NCBI GenBank assembly: GCA_963826115.1
Contig: CAWGVS010000012.1
Location: forward strand, 416,001 to 480,000
Direction of reading: 5' to 3'
DNA length: 64,000 bases
Source: an uncultured Candidatus Rokubacteria bacterium
Lineage (GTDB): Bacteria; Methylomirabilota; Methylomirabilia; Rokubacteriales; DASRDR01
Each line of letters begins with the position of its first letter. Positions within the stretch are counted from its first letter, which is position 1. A program made the position numbers and the translations under genes. Below are positions 36,364-45,885 of the stretch, one piece after another. Under the pieces are notes generated by a model. The model saw only the letters and a list, made by a program, of their open reading frames with translations. It had not been told where the DNA came from and did no database searches.

Positions 36364-38274
36364 ATGCGGATCGGCCGCCGCTGGCTCGGGATCGGAGTCG
36401 CGCTCACGCTCGGGTTCGCGCTCGGCTCGGGCGCCTTCGGGGCGCCCGGCCGGGAGGCGCCCGTGCTGGCCAAGCTCGTGGCGGCGGGCAAGCTGCCGCC
36501 GCTCGCCCAGCGGCTGCCGGAGCGGCCGCGCGTCCTCGCCACCGACGCCGACGCAGTGTACGGCGGCGACCTCCGCATGCTCATCGGCACCCTCAAGGAC
36601 ACGAAGCTCGCGTTCGTCTACGGCTACGCGCGCCTCGTGGGCTGGGACCGGAACTTCCGCCTCGTGCCCGACATCGTCGAGCGGTACGACGTCGAGGACG
36701 GCGGCCGGACCTTCACGTTCCGTCTGCGGCCGGGCCACCGCTGGTCGGACGGCGCGCCCTTCACGAGCGCCGACTTCGCGTACTGGTGGACCAACGTCGC
36801 GAACGACGACGAGCTCTCGCCGGGCGGCCCCCCGGCCACGCTCCGGGTCGACGGCGAGATGCCGAAGATGACGTTCCCCGACCCGCTGACGGTGCGGCTC
36901 CGCTGGTCCAAGCCGAACAACCTCTTCCTCGCGGACCAGGCCAGCGCCTACCCGACCATCATCTACCGGCCCGCGCACTACCTGAAGCAGTTCCACAAGG
37001 CCTTCAACAGCGCGGATGCGCTGAAGAAGCTCGCGCGCGCCGAAGGCCGCCGGAACTGGGCCGCGCTCCACAACAAGAAGGACTCGATGTACCTGATGGA
37101 CAACCCGGACATGCCGACCCTCCAGCCCTGGCGCGCGACCGTCGGGCCGCCCGCGCAGGTCTTCGTGGCGGAGCGCAACGCGTACTTCCACCGCGTGGAC
37201 GAGCAGGGTCGGCAGCTACCCTACATCGACCGCCTCGTGATGCTCCTGGTCGAGCGGGCCGTCATCCCGGTGAAGACGTCGACGGGCGAGGCCGACCTCC
37301 AGGCGCGGTATCTCCCCTTCGACCAGGTGCCCTTCCTCCGGAAGAACGAGCGGCTCGCCGGCTTCCGCGTCTACCTCTGGAACACCGGGGTGCCGTCCAC
37401 GGTGGCGATCTACCCGAACCTGACGACGAACGACCCGGTCATGCGCAAGCTCTTCCACGACCGGCGCTTCCGGCAGGCCCTCTCCCTCGGCATCAACCGG
37501 CCCGAGATCAACCACGTCCTCTACTACGGCCTCGGCTTGCCGGGGCAGGCCACGGTCCTCCGGAACCCCACGGGTCACGAGGAGCCCCGGATGGCCTACG
37601 CGCGGTTCGACCTCGAGCAGGCCAACCGGCTCCTCGACGAGATGGGGCTCACCGGGCGGGACAGCCGCGGGTTCCGGCTCCGCCCGGACGGGCAGCGCCT
37701 CGACCTCATCGTGGAGACGTCGGGGGACGACACGGAGCACACGGACGTGCTGGAGCTCGTCAAGGACACGTGGGCCGAGCTGGGGGTCGAGCTCCTCATC
37801 CGCCCGAGCCAGCTGGAAGTGTTCCGGCGTCGCGTCTTCTCGGGCGAGGCCATCATGAGCGCCTACAACGGGAACTCCGGCTTCGGCCTCCCCACCCCGG
37901 ACATGAGCCCGGACTGGCTCGCGCCGGTGAGCCAGCAGCAGCTGCAGTGGCCCAGGTGGGGGCAGTACTTCGAGAGCAAGGGGAAGGACGGGGAGGCGCC
38001 GACGCTGCCGGCCGCCCGCCGGCTGGTCGAGCTCTACGAGCGCTGGCTCGTCTCGGGCGACCCCGACGAGAAGGCCCGGGTGTGGGCGGAGATGCTCGAC
38101 ATCAACGCCGAGGAGATCTTCACCATCGGGATCGTGGGCGGGACGCTCCAGCCGATCGTCGTGAAGAACGGCCTCCGCGGGGTGCCGGCCAAGGGCGTCT
38201 ACTCCTGGGAGCCCGGCTCGCACTTCGGGATCTACAACCCCGACACCTTCTGGTGGCAGGGCGGCCACCGCTAG
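36364..38274 (+). CDS. Family-5 ABC substrate-binding protein
   Basis: GKLPPLAQRLP, YGG, GHRWSDGAPFTSAD, ERNAYFHRVD-x-x-GRQLPYID; TTGCGT-N17-TACGCT upstream. Confidence 0.93.
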   Translation: MRIGRRWLGIGVALTLGFALGSGAFGAPGREAPVLAKLVAAGKLPPLAQRLPERPRVLATDADAVYGGDLRMLIGTLKDTKLAFVYGYARLVGWDRNFRLVPDIVERYDVEDGGRTFTFRLRPGHRWSDGAPFTSADFAYWWTNVANDDELSPGGPPATLRVDGEMPKMTFPDPLTVRLRWSKPNNLFLADQASAYPTIIYRPAHYLKQFHKAFNSADALKKLARAEGRRNWAALHNKKDSMYLMDNPDMPTLQPWRATVGPPAQVFVAERNAYFHRVDEQGRQLPYIDRLVMLLVERAVIPVKTSTGEADLQARYLPFDQVPFLRKNERLAGFRVYLWNTGVPSTVAIYPNLTTNDPVMRKLFHDRRFRQALSLGINRPEINHVLYYGLGLPGQATVLRNPTGHEEPRMAYARFDLEQANRLLDEMGLTGRDSRGFRLRPDGQRLDLIVETSGDDTEHTDVLELVKDTWAELGVELLIRPSQLEVFRRRVFSGEAIMSAYNGNSGFGLPTPDMSPDWLAPVSQQQLQWPRWGQYFESKGKDGEAPTLPAARRLVELYERWLVSGDPDEKARVWAEMLDINAEEIFTIGIVGGTLQPIVVKNGLRGVPAKGVYSWEPGSHFGIYNPDTFWWQGGHR

Positions 38275-38316
38275 GTCCGCCCGCGGCCGGGCCGGCCCCG
38301 CCGAAGCAGCGGTCGG

Positions 38317-38778
38317 CTACGAGTGGCCCGGGCCCTGGTGCTGCTGCAGGAGGGCGCTCGACCGCTCCAGGCGCTGCGCCAGCACGGTCATGACCTGCAG
38401 GCTGATCTCCGGGCTCTGCCGGACCAGATCCAGGAAGACGTCGGCGGAGATCTTGAACGTCACCACGCGGTCGCGGGCCCGCACGGTGGCCGTGCGCCGG
38501 CCCTTGGAGATGACGGCCGTCTCGCCGAAGAGGCTGTTGCGGCCCATGGTGGTCACGATGAAGTCGCGCCCCTCGGCGTCCCGCAGGAGGACCTCGGCCT
38601 CGCCCTCCGTCACGATGTAGACGGCGTCGGCCGGGTCGCCCTGCCGCACGATCACTTCGCCGGGCGTGAACTCGACGACCTCCGCCGTGTAGGCGATCAG
38701 CTTCAGCCGGGCCGTCGGCAGGCCGGCGAAGAGGGGGATCTTCCGGAGGGTCTCGACGTCTCGCTCGAGCGGCTGCAT
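38317..38778 (-). CDS. Stand-alone cyclic nucleotide-binding domain protein
   Basis: LRKIPLF, RQGD, FGE...RTATVRA phosphate-binding cassette; no HTH. Confidence 0.88.
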   Translation of the reverse strand: MQPLERDVETLRKIPLFAGLPTARLKLIAYTAEVVEFTPGEVIVRQGDPADAVYIVTEGEAEVLLRDAEGRDFIVTTMGRNSLFGETAVISKGRRTATVRARDRVVTFKISADVFLDLVRQSPEISLQVMTVLAQRLERSSALLQQHQGPGHS

Positions 38779-38779
38779 G

Positions 38780-41371
38780 TCAGCGTTCTCCCTGGACGTG
38801 CACGCCGGCCTGGACGGCGAGTCGGCGCAGCACGCTGCTCTCGCGGCCGATCAGCTCGCGGTACGCGCCCGTCTCGGCGACGGAGCCGGCGTCCAGCACC
38901 ACGACCCTATCGTACAGGCTGGCGAGGTCCGGGCGCTCCACGGCGGCGATCACGGTCCGGTCCTTCATGACCTCCAGCACGCGCCGGTGCAGCTCCATCC
39001 GCTCGCCCGGCTCGAGTACGGCCAGCGTCCCGTCGAGGATCAGGATGTCGGGCCGCTTGAGCAGGACGCGGGCCAGCGCCACGCGCTGGCGCTGGGGCAG
39101 CGACAGGCGTCCGCCGAAGAGGCCGACGTGGTGGTCGAGCCCGACCTCGAGCACGAGGGGTCGCAGACCCTCCCGCTCCAGGACCTCCTCCACGATGGCG
39201 TTGACCTTCTTCACGGCCAGACTGCTCGTCGCGACCACCTTGCCGAACAGCAGGTTGTCGAGCAGCGACCCGTCGGCGAAGTAGCGCTCGCGGTCGTACG
39301 GTACGAACGACGCCGCCAGGTTGGCGGGAAGCGTCTCGGCGAACCGGAGGCGCGCCGCCAGCACCTTCTCGATGAAGCTCTCGTCGATGCGGCCGAGGCG
39401 GTGCCGGGCCGGGATGAGCCGCAGCGCGAGCCGGACCAGCCGGTCGCGGTCCGCGGGGGCGAGGTCGGCGGGCGCCCCCCGGCCCACCCGGGCCACGACC
39501 TGCGCGTACTCCGGCAGCTCGGTGGCGGTGAGCAGGCTGAAACGCGCGAACAGCTCGTTGTCGGCCGAGATGTCCTTGAAGATCTCGACCATGTCCCGCG
39601 CGACATCGGCGCCGAGCTCGACGAGCGCGCCGTCCAGGCCGACCTCGGCCACCACCGTTCGGAAATGCGGGTGCTGGGCGAGATGCTCGAGGGCCAGCGA
39701 CGCATGCGAGCTGTGGCCGAACAGGATGTTCTCGCCGACCGACGCGTACGAGGAGAACCGCGCCCGGTCGAAGAACTCGACGGCGGTCTCCTGCTGCTCG
39801 CCGGCGAACCGCGCGGCCAGGAGGCGGCGCGTGGCCAGCACCCGCTCGGCCACCTCTGGGTGACGCGCAGGGTCGACCCGCGCGCGCAGGCCGAAGGCGA
39901 AGAGGTCGTCCTCGAAGCCCACGAGCCGCACGGTCTCGAGCGCGACCGCGATGAGCCCCGTCCGGTCCGAGACCTCGAGCGGCGTGAGGTCGAGCCAGTC
40001 CTCGTTGCCCAGCCCCAGCTCGGCCTCGCGGGCGGTCTTGCCGTCCCGCCGGTGCCGGAGACCGTAGAGCAGGTTGTCGAGGACGGTCCCCGTGAAGAGG
40101 CGCGCGTCGGCGGGCACGAAGCCGATGGCCCGCCCGGCCAATCCCGTGCGCAGCTCGGCGAGGTCGCTCCCGTCCAGCAGCACGGTCCCCGTGAAGCCGC
40201 TCAGCTTGGCCAGCACCAGCGCGAGCGTGCTCTTGCCGCTCCCCGACGTCCCCACGAGCGCGACGTGCTCGTGGGCCGAGAGCGAGAGCTGCAGGTGGTC
40301 GAGCGCGTGGGTCCGCCCATCCAGCACGACGCTCGCCTGCCGGAGGTCGTAGGCGCCGTTGAGCGCCGGCGGTCGCTCCGGGAGCGCGTCGTCCCCCGCG
40401 AACTCGTCCCGGAGCCCCGGCGGGTCGAAGTTGGCGATCACCTGCTCGTACTTGACCCGCGCGTTCTCCTTGAGCTGGAAGAAGTTGATGAGCTCACGCC
40501 ACGGCTCGTTGAGCTGGCCGTAGGCCTGGAGGAAGGCCACCAGGATACCGAGGTTGAACGTGTCGGGGTGGTGGATGATCAGCCAGCCGCCGACGAGCAG
40601 CAGCAGGAACTGGCCGAACTTCTCGAGGAAGTTGTTGATCCACTTGATCAGGTACTTGAGGTTGTAGATGTTCAGCCGGATCTTGAAGATCCGCTGCAGC
40701 ATGTGCCGGAACCGGCTCGACTCGTAGGCGGTGGTGTCGTTCGCGTAGATCTCCTGGAGTCCCCCCGCCGCCTCCTGGATGCGGTCGGACAGGCCGCGCA
40801 CCATGCGCACCCGCTCGCGGGACATGGTGGTGACCTTGCGCTGGAGCTGGCGGATGAAGAACATCTGGATCGGGAACAGCACCATGGCGACCATCGCCAT
40901 CCACGGGTTCGCGTAGACCATGAACCCGAAGGTGCCGACGAGCATGGCGCCGTGGAACGCCGGCGTGGAGAGCGCCACGCCGAAGTAGCCCCCGAGGTCC
41001 TCGACCTCGCCGAGGATCATCGCCACCAGCTGGCCGGTCGACGTGCTCTTCAGGTGCGCGAGCGGAAAGCGCAGGATCCGGTTGTAGAGCTCGCCGCGGA
41101 GGTCGCGGAGCATCGTCTCCGAGATGTACCCCTCGAGGTTCTGCTTCACGTACTTCAGGGCCCCGTTGACGATGACGGCGCCCAGGAAGCCGCCGCAGAG
41201 CCACAGGAGGGCGTCGAGGTTCCGCTGTCCGATGGCCTGGTTGATGATCCGCTTCTGGAGGTCGAGCATGAGCGGGTTCAGCGCGAGCCCCAGGACGAAG
41301 CTGATCGCGATCAGGATGAGCTGGGTGCGCAGGCTCCGCTTGACGATGTAGCGGTGGAGGTTGCGGTCCAT
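38780..41371 (-). CDS. ABC exporter-type TMD-NBD fusion with expanded, degenerate NBD
   Basis: Six-TM ABC membrane domain; Walker A GTSGSGKST; LSLPQ; ILILDG; alternative start 41386. Confidence 0.85.
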   Translation of the reverse strand: MDRNLHRYIVKRSLRTQLILIAISFVLGLALNPLMLDLQKRIINQAIGQRNLDALLWLCGGFLGAVIVNGALKYVKQNLEGYISETMLRDLRGELYNRILRFPLAHLKSTSTGQLVAMILGEVEDLGGYFGVALSTPAFHGAMLVGTFGFMVYANPWMAMVAMVLFPIQMFFIRQLQRKVTTMSRERVRMVRGLSDRIQEAAGGLQEIYANDTTAYESSRFRHMLQRIFKIRLNIYNLKYLIKWINNFLEKFGQFLLLLVGGWLIIHHPDTFNLGILVAFLQAYGQLNEPWRELINFFQLKENARVKYEQVIANFDPPGLRDEFAGDDALPERPPALNGAYDLRQASVVLDGRTHALDHLQLSLSAHEHVALVGTSGSGKSTLALVLAKLSGFTGTVLLDGSDLAELRTGLAGRAIGFVPADARLFTGTVLDNLLYGLRHRRDGKTAREAELGLGNEDWLDLTPLEVSDRTGLIAVALETVRLVGFEDDLFAFGLRARVDPARHPEVAERVLATRRLLAARFAGEQQETAVEFFDRARFSSYASVGENILFGHSSHASLALEHLAQHPHFRTVVAEVGLDGALVELGADVARDMVEIFKDISADNELFARFSLLTATELPEYAQVVARVGRGAPADLAPADRDRLVRLALRLIPARHRLGRIDESFIEKVLAARLRFAETLPANLAASFVPYDRERYFADGSLLDNLLFGKVVATSSLAVKKVNAIVEEVLEREGLRPLVLEVGLDHHVGLFGGRLSLPQRQRVALARVLLKRPDILILDGTLAVLEPGERMELHRRVLEVMKDRTVIAAVERPDLASLYDRVVVLDAGSVAETGAYRELIGRESSVLRRLAVQAGVHVQGER

Positions 41372-41390
41372 CGACGGTCCCGGCATGGGC

Positions 41391-42533
41391 CTAGGCGTAC
41401 GGGTCGGCGGCGTCCCGGAGCCCGTCGCCGAGGAAGTTGAAGGCCAGGACCGTCAGCACGACCATGACCACCGGGAGCAGGAGCCAGGGGTAGAGCGCGA
41501 CCGCGTTCATGTTCTGGGCCTCGGAGAGGAGCACGCCCCAGCTCGTGATCGGGGGGCGGAGCCCGAGCCCCAGGAAGGACAGCGCCGTCTCGCCGAGGAT
41601 CATGTGGGGGATGGACAGGGTCGCCGAGACGATCAGGTGGCTCGTGAAGGCGGGCAGGAGGTGCCGCCGGATGATGTACGGCGGGGAGCCGCCCATGAGC
41701 ACGGCGGCGGTGGCGAAGTCCTCTTCCCGCACGGCGAGGAGCTTGCCGCGGACGCTCCGGGCCAGGCCCGTCCACTCGAGCACGCCGAGGATCACCGTGA
41801 TGCCGATGTAGACGAGGATGGGGTCCCAGCGGGGCGGCAGGGCCGCCGACAAGGCCATCCAGAGCGGCAGCTCGGGAAAGGCGCGGATGACCTCGATGAG
41901 CCGCTGGATCACGATGTCCACCGTCCCGCCGTAGTAGCCGGACAGGCCGCCGAACACGAGCGCGAGGACGAAGCTCACCGAGATGCCGAGGAGCCCGACG
42001 GTCAGCGAGATCCGGGCCCCGTGGATGATGCGCGAGAGCATGTCCCGCCCGAGCCGGTCGGTCCCCAGCAGGAACATGGTCCCGCCTTCCTCCACGCCGA
42101 TCAGGTGCCGCTCCGCCCGCCAGAGCCCCCACATGCGGTACGGCTCGCCTTGCGTGAAGAACTGGATCCGGTACAGGCGCGACGTGTCCTCGCGGTACTC
42201 GCGCTTGAGGTTCTCCATGTTGACCGTGAGGAGATAGCCGTAGACGAACGGGCCCTCGAAGCGACCCTCGTGGAACAGGCGGATGCGCTGGGGCGGCGAG
42301 TAGATGTGGTTCGCGTGGCGGCTCCGGAGCTCGTAGGGCGCCAGGAACTCGACGAACGGGATGGTGGCGTAGAGCGCCACCAGGAACCAGAGCGAGATCA
42401 TCGCGAAGCGGTGCCGGCGGAGGCGCCACCAGATGAGCTGCCACTGGGACGCGAAGTAGTAGCGCTCCTGCTCGGACGGGCCCGGGCGCTCGGCGGCGAC
42501 CGGGAGCGCGTCGGCGGCCGGAACCGCGCTCAT
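41391..42533 (-). CDS. Opp/Dpp-type ABC permease C
   Basis: LLGTDRLGRD, RISLTVG, ETALSFLGLG, FNFLGDGLRDA. Confidence 0.92.
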   Translation of the reverse strand: MSAVPAADALPVAAERPGPSEQERYYFASQWQLIWWRLRRHRFAMISLWFLVALYATIPFVEFLAPYELRSRHANHIYSPPQRIRLFHEGRFEGPFVYGYLLTVNMENLKREYREDTSRLYRIQFFTQGEPYRMWGLWRAERHLIGVEEGGTMFLLGTDRLGRDMLSRIIHGARISLTVGLLGISVSFVLALVFGGLSGYYGGTVDIVIQRLIEVIRAFPELPLWMALSAALPPRWDPILVYIGITVILGVLEWTGLARSVRGKLLAVREEDFATAAVLMGGSPPYIIRRHLLPAFTSHLIVSATLSIPHMILGETALSFLGLGLRPPITSWGVLLSEAQNMNAVALYPWLLLPVVMVVLTVLAFNFLGDGLRDAADPYA

Positions 42534-43528
42534 CGGCTCTGCCCGCTCCCCTGGCGGATGCGGGGGTCGAGGGCGGCCAGGGCCAGGTCCGAGAGGAACA
42601 CGCCGATCACCGAGAGCACGGCCAGGAGCATCAGGAACGAGCCGGCCAGGTACATGTCCTGCGCCCGGAGGGCGCGGAGCAGGATCGGCCCGGTGGTGGG
42701 CAGGGACAGGACGATCGAGACGATGATCGCGCCCGAGATGACCTGCGGCAGGAGGTTCCCGATGTCCCCGATGAACGGGTTGAGGGCGATCCGGAGCGGG
42801 TACTTGAAGAGGATGCGCCGGGGGGTGAGCCCCTTGGCCCGCGCGGTGACCACGTAGGGGCGACGGAGCTCGTCCAGCAGGTTCGCGCGCAGGCGGCGGA
42901 TCATGCCCGCGGTGCCCGACGTCCCGATCACGATCACCGGAATCCACAGGTGCTGGAGGAGGTCCCAGAAGCGCGCCCAGCTCCACGGGGCGTTCTGCAT
43001 GTCGGGCGAGAAGAGGCCGCCGACGCTCGTCCCGAAGTACGTGAAGGAGATGAACATCAGGATCAGCGCGAGCAGGAAGTTCGGCGTCGCCAGGCCCAGG
43101 AAGCCGAGGAGCGTGAGCCCGTGGTCGGCCCAACTGTACTGGTGGGTCGCCGAGTACACGCCAATCGGAAACGCCATCAGCCAGGTGAAGACGATCGAGC
43201 CGAACGAGACGACGAAGGTCAGCAGCAGCCGCTCCCCGATGATGTCGGCCACCGGCCGGTCGTACTCGAACGAGTAGCCCAGGTCGCCCTGGAAGAGCCC
43301 CGACACCCACAGCCAGTACTGCTTCCAGAGGGGCTGGTCGAGCCCGAACTGCTGGCGCAGGAACTCGACCTTCTGGAGGTCCGCCCGCTCCCCGGACGCC
43401 TCGAGGTCGCTGATCAGGGTCGTGAGGAAGTCGCCGGGCGGCAGCTGGATGATGATGAAGGTGACGACGGAGATCAGGAACAGGGTCGGCACCATCAGCA
43501 GGATGCGCTGGAGGAGGTAGCGGCCCAT
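42530..43528 (-). CDS. Opp/Dpp-type ABC permease B
   Basis: LPPGD, GDLGYSF, YVVTARAKGL, LDPRIR. Confidence 0.92.
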   Translation of the reverse strand: MGRYLLQRILLMVPTLFLISVVTFIIIQLPPGDFLTTLISDLEASGERADLQKVEFLRQQFGLDQPLWKQYWLWVSGLFQGDLGYSFEYDRPVADIIGERLLLTFVVSFGSIVFTWLMAFPIGVYSATHQYSWADHGLTLLGFLGLATPNFLLALILMFISFTYFGTSVGGLFSPDMQNAPWSWARFWDLLQHLWIPVIVIGTSGTAGMIRRLRANLLDELRRPYVVTARAKGLTPRRILFKYPLRIALNPFIGDIGNLLPQVISGAIIVSIVLSLPTTGPILLRALRAQDMYLAGSFLMLLAVLSVIGVFLSDLALAALDPRIRQGSGQSR

Positions 43529-43569
43529 CGGTCAGCGGCCCTCGGCCCGCGCGCGGGTCACCCGGCGCC

Positions 43570-44610
43570 TCACGCGGTCCGCGCGGCCGGCCGCCGCGGC
43601 AGCGGGGTCAGGTGGAGCTCCTCGGCCCGGTGGCACCGCGCCAGGTGGTCGGGCGCGACCGCGCGGATCTCCGGCGTCTCGTCCCGGCAGCGCTCGATGG
43701 CGTACGGGCACCGGAGGGCGTAGGCGCACCCGCGGATCCCGCCCGTCACCGGCGCGCCCTCGCGCGCCCCGCCGAGCGTGCCCCGGAGACGCGGGTCGGG
43801 CCGGAGGACCGCGGCCAGCAGCGTCTCCGTGTACGGGTGTCGCGGGCGCTCGAAGAGCTGACGCTTCGGCGCCAGCTCGACGATCCGGCCCGCGTACATC
43901 ACCGCGATCCGGTCGGCGACGTAGTCGATGACGGCCAGATTGTGCGAGATGAAGAGATAGGTGAGGCCGAGCTCCCCCTGCAGGTCCTTCAGGAGGTTCA
44001 GGACCTGCGCCTGGACCGAGACGTCCAGCGCCGACACCGGCTCGTCGCAGACCACCAGCTCGGGATTGAGCGCGAGGGCGCGCGCGATCCCGATGCGCTG
44101 TCGCTGGCCGCCCGAGAAGGAGTGCGGGTAGCGGCGGAGGTACTGGACGTTGAGCCCGACCATCCCCATCAGGGCCTTCACCCGGTCCTGGATCTCCTCG
44201 CGCGATCCGCGGCGGTGGATGTGCAGCGGCTCTCCGATGATCTCGCCGACGGGCATCCGCGGGTTGAGCGAGGAGAAGGGGTCCTGGAAGATCATCTGGA
44301 TGTGGGGACGGAGCGCGCGGAGCGCCCGGCCCTTCAGCTGATCGACCCGCACCGGCTGTCTGCCGCCGATCCGGAACAGGATCTCCCCGCGCGTGGGCGT
44401 GAGCGCGCGGAGCACGAGGCGCGCCGTCGTGGTCTTGCCGCAGCCGCTCTCGCCGACCAGGCCGAGCGTCTCACCCTTGGCGACGTCGAAGCTCACACCC
44501 TCGACCGCGACGACCGTGCCCACCTGCCGCCGCGCCAGGCCGGCCAGCCAGGGCTGGAACAGCGGGAAGTGCTTCGTGAGGTCCCGGACCTCCAGGAGCG
44601 GCTCGGGCAC
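43570..44610 (-). CDS. Opp/Dpp-type ABC ATPase F
   Basis: GESGCGKT, FSGGQRQR, CDEPVSALD, HPYT, C-terminal Cys motif. Confidence 0.93.
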   Translation of the reverse strand: MPEPLLEVRDLTKHFPLFQPWLAGLARRQVGTVVAVEGVSFDVAKGETLGLVGESGCGKTTTARLVLRALTPTRGEILFRIGGRQPVRVDQLKGRALRALRPHIQMIFQDPFSSLNPRMPVGEIIGEPLHIHRRGSREEIQDRVKALMGMVGLNVQYLRRYPHSFSGGQRQRIGIARALALNPELVVCDEPVSALDVSVQAQVLNLLKDLQGELGLTYLFISHNLAVIDYVADRIAVMYAGRIVELAPKRQLFERPRHPYTETLLAAVLRPDPRLRGTLGGAREGAPVTGGIRGCAYALRCPYAIERCRDETPEIRAVAPDHLARCHRAEELHLTPLPRRPAARTA

Positions 44611-44611
44611 G

Positions 44612-45640
44612 TCAGGCTCCCACCGGGGCGGAGGAGACCTGGGGCATGGAGCCGCGCTTGTAGCAGGCGACCTGCCAGTGGTCGGCGAGCGCGCGCGGCG
44701 CGGGCATGGCCGTGCCGCAGAGGGCCGGCTCCCCCTCCGGGCACCGCGACAGGAACGGGCACCCCGGGATCGGCGCGAGCGGGTCGGGAACGGTGCCGGG
44801 GATCGTCTGGAGCCGCTCGCCCTCGTGCACGCCGAACTGGGGCGTGCTGCGGAGGAGCGCCTGGAGATACGGGTGCTGGGGGTCCTCGAACAGCTCGGCG
44901 ACGGGCCCCGTCTCCATCACGTGCCCGCAGTACATGACCGTGACCAGGTCGGCCACGTGCGCGACCACGCCGGGATCGTGCGTGATGATGATGAGCCCCA
45001 TTCCGTGCTCGCGCTGGAGCCGGACCAGGAGGTCGAGGATCTGCGCCTGCACGGTGACGTCGAGCGCGGAGGTGGGCTCGTCGGCGATGACCAGGGCGGG
45101 GCGGCCCACGAGCGCCATGGCGATCATGGCCCGCTGGCGGAGGCCCCCCGACAGCTCGAACGGGTAGGCGTCGATCTTGCGCTGGGGGTCGGGGAACCCG
45201 ACGGCGTCGAGCGCCTCGATCGTCGCCGCGCGGGCGGCCGCCCGACCCGCCTGGCGGTGGAGCCGCAGGACCTCCCCGATCTGGTTGCCGATCGTGTGCA
45301 CCGGCGAGAACGCCGTCATCGGCTCCTGGAAGATCATCGAGATCGCGCCCCCGCGGATGCTCCGCATTCGGCGGCCGTCGGCCGGGAGCGTGGCGAGGTC
45401 GACGGGAGCCCCCCCGTCCGGGGAGAACAGGATGCGCCCCGCCTCGATGCGGGCCCGGGGGGGCAGGATCCGCATGATCGACTGGGCCAGGACGCTCTTC
45501 CCCGACCCCGATTCCCCGACGATGGCCATGGTCTGGCCCCGGTCGACCGAGAACGAAACGCCGTTTACCGCCCGGACGACCCCCTCGTCGAGGTAGATGG
45601 ACGTCCGTAGGCCCTGCACCTCCAGCAACGGGGCGCCCAT
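44612..45640 (-). CDS. Opp/Dpp-type ABC ATPase D
   Basis: GESGSGKS, LSGGLRQR, ADEPTSALD, HPY, GCPF. Confidence 0.93.
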   Translation of the reverse strand: MGAPLLEVQGLRTSIYLDEGVVRAVNGVSFSVDRGQTMAIVGESGSGKSVLAQSIMRILPPRARIEAGRILFSPDGGAPVDLATLPADGRRMRSIRGGAISMIFQEPMTAFSPVHTIGNQIGEVLRLHRQAGRAAARAATIEALDAVGFPDPQRKIDAYPFELSGGLRQRAMIAMALVGRPALVIADEPTSALDVTVQAQILDLLVRLQREHGMGLIIITHDPGVVAHVADLVTVMYCGHVMETGPVAELFEDPQHPYLQALLRSTPQFGVHEGERLQTIPGTVPDPLAPIPGCPFLSRCPEGEPALCGTAMPAPRALADHWQVACYKRGSMPQVSSAPVGA

Positions 45641-45885
45641 CGCACGGTATCACTACCATCCGGGGCCGATCCGAGGCAAGGCCCGACCCATCGCCGGGGG
45701 TCCGGGAGGGGGGCATCCGGGCGTTTGCCGACCCCCCCGATAGGCTTCCCTTTTCCATGGGTTTTTGGTAAACGTGACCTGCCCGGGCCCTGGACTGCTT
45801 GCTCGATGGGGCGACCCGGGAAGTCACCCCGAGACCCGCGGTCCCCAGGCAGGCCTATCGCCGCCGGGACCCCTGGGAGGTGGAT

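Noticed and set aside
32219-38778. Pycsar/CBASS-like antiphage system (cyclase plus cNMP protein)
   Set aside because: The genes are 5 kb apart, the cNMP protein has no TIR or TM effector, and the context is sensory rather than a defence island
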